From the NCBI GenBank assembly GCA_043228905.1, contig JBHGNT010000003.1:9858001-9922000 (forward strand): a stretch of 64,000 nt of DNA, in the 5' to 3' direction. The number at the start of each line of letters is the position of its first letter. Position 1 is the first letter of the stretch. The translations under genes were made by a program, and so were the position numbers. The notes under the pieces are model-generated. The model searched no databases. It was not told the DNA's origin and saw only the letters and a program-made list of their open reading frames with translations. The DNA is from Azolla caroliniana (taxonomy: Eukaryota; Plantae; Polypodiophyta). Of the stretch, positions 55,201 through 64,000 are shown piece by piece.

Positions 55201-56282
55201 AGTTCGACTCTTTCATGACCGACGAAGGGTACCTAAAAACGCAGTCCGACCACTGCGTGTTTGTGAAGAAGTTCGAAGGAGGAGACTTTCTAATACTCCT
55301 CCTGTACGTGGACGACATGTTGATCGTCGGACGGGACCAGGTCAAGATACGGATGCTGAAGAAGGCTCTTCATCGAACCTTCTCAATGAAGGACTTGGGT
55401 CCGGCGAGACAAATACTAGGGATGCACATCATCCGGGACCGGAGCAAGAAGCAGTTGTGGCTGTCACAGGAGAAGTACGTGACAAAGGTGCTTAAACGGT
55501 TCAACATGTCGGAAGCAAGACCGGTCGGATCGACCCTCCCGGCAAACTGCAAGCTGTCCAGCAAGCAAAGCCCCAAGACAAAGGCTGAGAAGGAGGACAT
55601 GATGAAAGTGCCATATGCCTCTGCCGTCGGAAGCTTGATGTACGCAATGGTGTGTACAAGACCGGACATTGGATACGCAGTCGGAGTGGTGAGCCGGTAC
55701 ATGAGCAATCCCGGCAAAGAGCATTGGAACGCTGCCAAGTGGATACTCCGATACCTGAAGGGCACGGCAAACGTGTGCCTCCGATTCGGTTCCGGTAAGC
55801 CCGAACTCGACGGCTTTACCGATTCGGATATGTCGGCTGATGCAGATACCAGCCGGTCCACATCAGGGTATGTGATGACGTATGCAGGGGGAGCTGTTTC
55901 ATGGTAGTCAAGGCTGCAGAAGACGGTTGCGTTGTCAACCACGGAGGCGGAGTACATGGCGGCTGTTGAAGCCGGCAAGGAAATAATATGGATGAAGGAC
56001 TTCATTAGAGAGCTCGGTATCCGGCAGGAGGAGTACCGACTCTACTGCGACAGTCAGAGTGCAATCCACCTTGCGAAGAACGCGGCCTATCACTCCCGGA
56101 CGAAGCACATCCAGCGAAGATATCACTGGATCCGGGAAAGGATAGAAGACAAGGAGTTTGTGCTGACGAAGATCCACACGGACGAGAACGGGTCGGATAT
56201 GCTGACCAAGGTGCTCACACCCGACAAGCTGGAAGCATGCCGGAAGAGGATCGGATTGGAGAGACATCCCATGCCGAAGTGA
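52209..56282 (+). pseudogene. Copia gag-pol copy 2 with the same two TAG stops (54171-54173, 55905-55907)
   Basis: Near-identical to copy 1; about 8 substitutions seen by eye. Confidence 0.95.
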
Positions 56283-58675
56283 AGGGGGAGTTTGTTGGGT
56301 TTACGGTCCCTTTCGGATGGGATGGTCGGATGTCGGAGATGAATGACGACAAGCCCGGTTGCGGTTTCGGAACCGGATGATGAAGACCCCGGCTTCGGAG
56401 CCGGATGACGAATGTACCCGGAGAGAGATCCGGATGCGGGGACATATCTGTGAATATGTTTGCCAAGGGCCCTTGAGGCTATAGTTGTAAATAGCCCTAA
56501 AGTCATATGTGTATAAATATGACTTAGGGCAAACAGTTTTAATGTTGCTACTTATTTTTCTGTTTTTCCACTCAAGAGGAGTGAAGAGAGAGAGCAGCCG
56601 TGAGAGAGATAGAGCGCGAGAGAGGAAGAGGTCGACGCCTCTGTGTAATTCCGCCGCCTGTGGCGAGGACAGCGAGCTCAAGGTCGTCGCCTTGCAGCTC
56701 GCCATTGTATATTTCTCTGTGCATAGTTTTGGTTTGGAGTCTTGTACTCCCGTGGTTTTTCCCGTACAGGGTTTTCCACGTTAAATCGTGTGCCCACTTA
56801 TTTACTTTTGCATTTCCCATTTTCTACAACAACGATTCGTGTGTTTCCTTGGTTGTGGCCGAGAGGTGGAGTTTGGAAAGTGTCGATTGATTATTTCCAT
56901 CAAAAAGTCACTAGTAAACTTTGGATCTCGATCACTAATGATATCCATCGGTAACCCATAAAAACGAAATAACTCGTCAACGAATTGGTAAGCCAATTTA
57001 GGAGCTGTTTTCATAGCAATAAATCTGGCCATTTTAGTTAGTCTATCAACCACAACCCAGATGGCATCATGACCTTTTTGGGTGCGAGGAAGGCTAACAA
57101 TAAAATCCATGGATATACTTTCCCACTTATTATTGGGCATGTCCAAGGGATGTAAAAGTTTTGCGGCTTTGTGAACTTGACATTGGTGACATTTAGTCAC
57201 ATAGCTATGTATGTCATGACGCATCTTAGGCCAATAAAATTGAGTGGAGATGAGAACGAGTGTACGATGTATTCTAGGGTGCCCTACTGAGGGTGCGTCA
57301 TGGCATTAAAAAAGAATCATCTTTTTGACCACAGGTAAATTTGGAACACAAACCTTCCCATTACGGTAGAGCAGACCATTAGTAATGTGGAAGTATTCCT
57401 TCGAGGATGTGGTGGTGTCTGTTCCAGACTCAACTCTTGCCCAGTATTTCACAAAATAACTGGCATCAAGATACTTTCCTTGAAGGTGATCATAAAGATA
57501 TGATGTTATTTCAGTGAAGCTAAGCATGTTAACTTCACGGATGCGATTTAGTGCATCAGCGACAATGTTCATGGAACCTTTACGATATCGTATGGAAGAA
57601 TCAAAGTCCTGGATGAGATCAGCCCATCGTGCCTTATGACCTTTCAGATCTTGTTGGTCACAAAAATATTTAAACGACTCATGGTCCGTAGTTACCACAA
57701 AGCGATTTCCATAAAGATAATGGCGCCATGTTTTGAGCGCATGTATAACTGCAAATAATTCCTTTTCTTGAATGGTATACCGACATTGAGCAGAATCAAG
57801 TTTCTTACTCTCGAATGCTATTGTTTTACCATCTTGATATAGGACAACACCTATAGCATAATCTCTTACATCGGTTTCAACCTTAAAAGGTTTTGAAGGA
57901 TCGGGTAAAAGAAGTGAAGGAGCCTTGCACACCAGGTCCTTGAGTTCCTTAAAGGCAAGGTCTAGTGTAGCATTCCAGACAATAGGTTTTGTAGACTTAC
58001 GCGTTTGACCTTTTAGAAGATTAGTAAACGATGTCGTCAATTGGGAGTAATTACAAAGGGATTTTCGCAAAAACCCGACAAAACCAAGGAATGATCAAAC
58101 TTCTCGAATATTCCGAAGAGTGGGCCAAAGCTTGATTTTCTCGATGCGAGAAGGATCAATTTCAACTCCTCGTTCGCTTATGAGATGTCCAAGATAAGTA
58201 ATTGATTTCTTGAAGAACTCGCCTTTTGAGATCTTTGCGTAGAATTGCTTGTCACGCAATGTTTATTAAACAAAGCGGACATGTTTTGCATGTTCTTCTA
58301 ATGTACGACTATACACTAGAATATCATCCAAGAAAATAGCGGAAAATTTTCCAAGTTGTTCTCGGAAAATGTTTTTCATTTCTTGTTGAAATGTAGCCGG
58401 AACATTGGTCAAACCAAAAGGCATAACCAAAAACTCATAATGGCCATAACGCGTAGGAAATGCCCTTTTAGGAACATCGTCCTCACTTATACGAATTTGA
58501 TGGTAGCTAGTACGGAGATAAAGTTTTGTAAAATACCGAGCTCCCTGGAGACGGTCAATTAGATCGTTAGCCCGGGGCAATGGATACGAATTCTTGATCG
58601 TCACTTTATTCAAGCATCGATAATTAATATGCCATGTGCCCTCTTTCTTTTTAACCAAGAGAACTGGTGCACCCA

Positions 58676-59982
58676 CGACCGAGTCTGTCGTCAGCCCTTC
58701 GTTCGTCTCCAATAGGAGACCCACTTTCTCCCGGTCCAACGTGTCCACCGCTTTGATGAACAACAAGACCCGGCTCGTGTCGAGCACAGTTCGGTCCAAC
58801 CCCGACAACCGAGCGAACCGTTTTTCAAATTCTTGGAGGAGCGCAAACGTGTTCCTCGCCTTTCCGGGGGTCTGCACCCACTCCATGAACTCTCGCTTTG
58901 ATAGCCGAAGTGAGTCATCAAGCCCGTATTTCTCGAGGATCCAACCTTCAAACTCTCCCCAGGTCCTTCGACCAGCTTGTACCTCGAGCACCTCTGTGTG
59001 AATGCATGGTGTCGCCAACCAAGGGAAACCGGCCAACCGCCTATCTTCCGGAATGTCCCTCATCACCATTTTGGCCCGGTAGGCCTCCAAATAACTCATG
59101 GCGTTCTTACCATTGAAACGGCCTATTGCGCCGACAATTGCTTCAATGGCCCTGTCGAGGGCGCATGTATCCACCGCTGCTGCCATGGCTTCGGCGAGCT
59201 CCAATCCCCTCATCTCCAACTCCTTTGCCGCCTTGTTTCACGTCGGGTTCACCAAATTTATGTCGTGTAGTTCTGCTCACACGGGAGAAACTAAGGCGGG
59301 ATCGCGGGGGTCTTGGAACGAGGGGTTTAAGAGATCAAAAGAGAGAGAGAGAGATTCACGAGCGTATCGTTGGCTAGTCTTGCTTGTTGCCGACAGTGTT
59401 ACTGGCCGAATAAGACCTGAATGTGTATAGTATGAACCTGATACATGCTCACCGGACAAGGTAGAGGGAACTCGCGAGAACACAAGAGAGAGAAAATTAC
59501 AAATTACAATGTATGCAAGATTACAACCGGCAACAGACCTAACACAGAGAACCCACGCACGCACACACACACGACACAGAGAACGCATGATGGAGCCTCT
59601 GTTGGAAGCACGCGGGCTTACATGCAGCAGAGGCAACCGACCCGAAAACAGAGTGGAGAGCAACGATATAGGAGAGAGCTCGATACCTAGTCCGACAGCA
59701 CCTCGTCCTCGCCAAAATGCGACCCCTTCTTCTTCTTCTCCCCTCCCTTTTATAGGTCGCTGAGGAGGCCGTTACATCAAAACACATCAACTTTATTCTC
59801 TGTCCCTACGAACAGAGATACACGTCGATTTCCTAGCTAATAAATATGTCATGCCCAGTATATTTACATCAATCGTCCTATTCCTAGTTATGTACAATGT
59901 ATCAATTCATGCACACTTGTGCAAGGGCGGGTTCACGCCTTTAATTCCTTGATTCCTCTTAGGGCCAGTTTTCTTCACGACA
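58676..59982 (-). mobile_element. 5' part of a different gypsy-like element (putative LTR 59982-59397 and gag N-terminus), fused in frame to the chromovirus RT
   Basis: TG..CA-bounded segment with no similarity to LTR 45514-45954. Gag-like [28 protein letters not shown] runs straight into [12 protein letters not shown]. Confidence 0.6.
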
Positions 59983-62900
59983 ACGTTGCTCTATGTTGAG
60001 CTTGATTCTCAACACGCCCCCTCAAGTTCAACTCGGGTCGGCTCCTTTCGGTTGATGTCCGCTTTGGTTGGTATCCAGTTCAGACGATCTCCGTTGTCCG
60101 TTTCGGCTCGTACTCGGTTCGGTCGGTATCCAATTCTCGCTTGTACTCCCCCTCAAGCTTGGCAAGTTAGGGATCATCAATCCAAGGTCTGACATGAATG
60201 GCCGAAGCTTGTCGGCTCCTAGGGCTTTCGTGAAGATGTCGACCGTTTGAAGATTTGTGTTGATGTGTAGAAGGTCGACATCTCCGACCTGAACACGCTC
60301 TCGAATGAAGTGATAGTGCACTTCGATATGCTTTGTGCGTGCGTGGAACACCAGGTTCCGAGCCAAATAAATACTGATCATGTTGTCGCAGTAAAGGGTA
60401 GTCAAATCCTTGATGGGAACGCCCAGATCCTTCAAAATCCTCTTAAGCCATACGACTTCACATGCAGCTACGACTGCGCCCCTGAATTCCGCCTCCATAC
60501 TCGAAAGAGTGATGGTAGGCTGCTTCTTGCTACTCCACAAAATCACTCCACTGCTAAGGGAGAAGACGAATCCAGAGGTCGATCGTCGATCGGCTTTGTA
60601 GCCAGCCCAATCCGCATTCGTGTATCCTTCGAGTCGTATTGGTGTGGCCGATTTGTAGAGAATGTCGTAATCCATTGTTCTGCTCACATATCGTAATACT
60701 CGCTTAGCGCAATCGAAATGGATATCTCGCGGAGTTTGCATGAATTGGCTAAAGAGTCCGACCGGATAGCTAAGGTCGGGTCGTGTGATCGTGAGATAGA
60801 TGAGACTCCTGATCAATTGTCGATATTGAGTCGGATCGCACTAGTTTGAGGTTTCTATCGAGAGGCGCAGCGATCGATTTGCACTCTGTCATCCCGAACT
60901 TGTATAACAAGTTGAGAATGTAGTGCCGTTGAGAGATCATAATGCCGACCGAATTCCGAATCACCTCGATGCCTAGGAAGTAGTGTAGCTCCTTCCTGTC
61001 CGTCATCTCGAATTTGTTGGAGAGGAGGAACTTCACCTTGTTGATGTCGACTAAATGCTCACCTCCAATAACGAGATCATCCACGTATAGAATGATGACA
61101 ATTGGGCTTTTAGACTCATTTCGTACATAGAGGGAGTTGTCGGATTTCGACATTCGAAAGCTGATTTGATGAAGATATTGCGTAATCTTCGAATGCCAAG
61201 CACGTGGTGCTTGCTTGAGGCCGTAGAGAGGCTTCTTGAGTCGACATACGGCTTTCGGATGGATGTTGGATTCAAAGTCGGGTGGTTGAACCATGTACAC
61301 CTCCTCTTCCAATTCACCTTGAAGAAAGGCGTTCTTTTCGTCCATTTGGTGGAGGTGCCATCCTTTCGCCGCTGCAAGTGTGATCACGGTCCGCACAGTC
61401 GTCATCTTTGCCATCGGGGCAAAGGTCTCTTCGTAGTCGACTCCATGTGTTTGCGCATATCCTTTCGCTACAACTCAAGCTTTGTGGCGATTGAAGGAGC
61501 CATCATCATTATACTTCACCTTGTAGATCCATCTACAGCCTATCGTCTTCTTGTGCGGTGAGTGGGGAACGATATCCCATGTGTCATTCTTGCGTAGTGC
61601 ATGCATCTCCTCGTTCATTGCTTCGATCCATCGCAGGTCCTTCACGGCTTTTGGAAAAGGTTTCCGACTCCCGTACTGTTGTGACCTTCATCATAAAGGC
61701 GTAATGGTATGCCATATACTCATCGTAACCGAAGCGGCTTACAGGGTTCTTTTCACGTGTGGATCGGCGTAGTTTCTCGTTTGCGGATTCTAAGGCTTTC
61801 TTCACTCCATTTTTCCGGATGTCAAGGCCTTTGAACTCACTATCGAGGGAGTGAGTCGATTCGTTGCCATCGAAATGAGTGTCTTCATACTCCGGCATTT
61901 TGGCCTTCCCTTTGTCCAACTTCGGACTTGGTCGAGATGTGCTTTGATCGCTCAAAGGCTCTTGTGGTCCGCTGTCACGAAGATGCGCGTGCGAGCGTGC
62001 TTTGCTTGAGCGGGACCACTGGGGTCTTGGACCAAGGAGGATGTCCGTCAAGGTATTGAGAAGAGGACAATGTGAATGTAAGATTGGAGGAAGACCTATT
62101 ACACTTGAGAAGATTGAAGATTGTACACTTGAGAAGTAGATAAATAATTACAAGATAGATGCGAAGAAGAAGAAGAAATAGAAGCGTATATTATTGATGG
62201 TGATGATGATGGTCATATCATATTGAGCCCCCCCTTTACACAAGCCGTACTAGGGGTTTTATAGGTTTGTCGATGCACAAAACCATGGGCTTGGAGCCAT
62301 GGTTTCTGTGCACACAGTTTTGCTTTGTGACATGTAGGAAACCATGGGCTTAAAACCGTGGTTTTGTGTACACGGTTTTGTTCGTTTGTTTCCTACGGAA
62401 TATTGAATATGAGAAAGAAATATAGAACATCTAAAGCACTTAGTAATAGCTTTAGCGGTAAGGTAATTGCCTCTTATCTTAGAGGTGCAAGGTTCAAATC
62501 CTACTTGCAACCCTCTACATGCACTCAATGCCATTGTGACCTAGGCTTATTTATTTTCATTTTTTACAAGTATTCGTGAAATGTGTGTGGATCCTCAATT
62601 TTTGACTTTTTCTCGCACTAGACATGCCACATTACGACACCACTCAGTCGGGTCGTGATCGGAATTTCTTCGAACATGCGTGTAAGGCGATCTTGATCCT
62701 CTATCTCTTGTTCGGCGGATTCATGGTCGAGCGGAATCAGAGTTGAAGTTGTCTCTAGTGCGTACCAGGATGCGGACTCGTCAAAAACGACGTCTCAACT
62801 TACTCGAGATTTTCGAGTTGAGGGGTTGTAGCACTTGTACCCCTTTTGCTCCAGTGAGTATCCTACGAGGATACATTTCTCCGACTTTGGATCAAGCTTT

Positions 62901-64000
62901 TGACGCTTCTCGTCGGGGATGTGCACGTACGCAATGGAGCAAAATATCCGAACATGCGATAGGTCCGGCTTCTTTCCAAAGAACTTCTCGTGCGGAGTAA
63001 GTTCGTGCACACCCGATGTCGTACACCGATTCATGAGATATACGGCCGTGTTAGCTGCTTCCGCCCAATACGATTTTGGCATGTGCTTTTCGTGAAGCAT
63101 AGCCCGTGCCACTTCGAGGATGTACCAATTCTTGTGTTCGGCCACTCCGTTTTGTTGTGGCGTATGTTGACACGAAAACTCTCGCCGTATTCCTTCTTTT
63201 TGTAGAAACGCCGAAAATTCGTTGGAGAAGTACTCCTTGCCTCCATCTGACTGAATACATCGTACATGTCGGCCCGTGGGTTTCTTGACTTCATTCTTAA
63301 ATTTTTGGAAGTGTTCGAACACTTTGCTCTTTTGTCGCATCGAGTAGATCCAAGTGTGCCTAGAGAAGTCGTCGATGAAGGTCACGTAGTATCGGCATCC
63401 GCCGAATGTTGTCGTTTGAGCTGGACCCCATACATCGGAATGAATTACGTCGAGTACGCCTTTGCTCATGTTCCGCTCCTTCGGAAATGGGTGCCAATGT
63501 TGTTTGCCGAATTGGCAAGCGGCACACACGCCTTCAATCTCTTTCTCCATGAATGTCGGGAGCTTGATGACGACTCCTTTCGATTGCATTGCCTTGAGTT
63601 TTTGGAGGTTGATATGACCAATCCGCTTGTGCCATAACTCTATGTCGGAATCGGCTTTCATGCCCTTTGCGAACATGGCCGATTTCATCTCGTGTGAGTC
63701 GAGAATGAACATTCGGCGCTCTCTTCCTCCACGTGCGATGAGTCAGCCCTCTTTTTCGATGAAGCAACCGCCTTGATTAAATCGTACTTGCATTCCTTGC
63801 TCTATAATTTGGCTGACGGAGACCAAATTCTTCGTGATAGTTGGTATATGCAAGACATTTTTAATATAAGTTTGCTTACCTTCTTCTCCGAACGGAACAT
63901 TTCCGATGTGCCGAATTGGGTGCGTAGTATCGTCTCCGGTTTCGACATAGCCAGGTCGGTCCGACTCTCGAAGTTCTCGGAACCATTCTTGATGCGACAT
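59983..64000 (-). mobile_element. Degenerate Ty1/copia (protease-integrase-RT-RNaseH, PPT, start of 3' LTR at 60014), continues beyond the window
   Basis: LWHKRIGH, IHSDVWGP, QSDGGKEY, LYGLKQAPRAW, YVDD, YCDN..HARTKHIEVHYHF. PPT ttgagggggcg precedes TGTTGAG; the LTR is cut at 59983. Confidence 0.92.
61973..62639 (-). mobile_element. Solo LTR inserted in the copia, imperfect 4-bp TSD (CCGC/CCAC)
   Basis: ccgc|TGTCAC..ACGACA|ccac. Removing it restores the copia ggtccactcagtc. Related to 44034-44872. Confidence 0.72.

Larger units (their letters stand above)
46801..56902 (+). mobile_element. Young tandem Ty1/copia: LTR-internal-LTR-internal-LTR, single 5-bp TSD AAAAG
   Basis: LTRs at 46801-47432, 51547-52178 and 56293-56902; period 4746 bp. 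PBS tggtatcagagc at 47436 and 52182; PPT gaagggggag before LTR2 and LTR3; aaaag at 46796-46800 and 56903-56907. Confidence 0.98.
45514..58675 (-). mobile_element. Ty3/gypsy chromovirus (RT, RNaseH, integrase, chromodomain, PPT, 3' LTR 45954-45514), split by the tandem copia; 5' part missing
   Basis: [51 protein letters not shown] | ..MSSTDHPQSNGQTE, FCGPF, DATWE. PPT aaagagggagta is adjacent to TGTTAC on the - strand. Confidence 0.88.

Noticed and set aside
47060-56954. Many overlapping and antisense ORFs in the tandem copia
   Set aside because: Shadow ORFs of GC-rich gag-pol and LTR sequence; no independent motifs.
62440-62510. Functional tRNA gene
   Set aside because: No proper acceptor stem and an irregular anticodon loop; reported only as tRNA-like.

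Overview
Eukaryotic land-plant genomic DNA (spliceosomal introns, plant LTR/LINE families; a seed-free plant such as a fern is my low-confidence guess). There are two intact host genes, convergently oriented: a 2-exon family-1 UDP-glycosyltransferase (7619-10032, +) and a 6-exon LAG1/ASC1-type ceramide synthase (24157-20164, -). The rest is mostly transposable elements: nested Ty3/gypsy chromoviruses and Ty1/copia elements, a young three-LTR tandem copia (46801-56902), an AT-rich foldback element carrying two LINE insertions (10941-15951), and solo LTRs, two with 4-bp TSDs. The most unusual object is a ~7.7 kb Mutator-like element without obvious TIRs (~24437-32137), sitting in a CATA-type microsatellite just upstream of LAG1. 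It encodes a frameshifted multi-zinc-finger MULE-SWIM transposase and a separate spliced C2H2 + Ulp1-like (SUMO protease) accessory gene, and carries three arrays of a GAGTCGGGCTCC motif at its ends and gene 5' regions. All calls were made by eye from the sequence and ORF track; no database searches were run.
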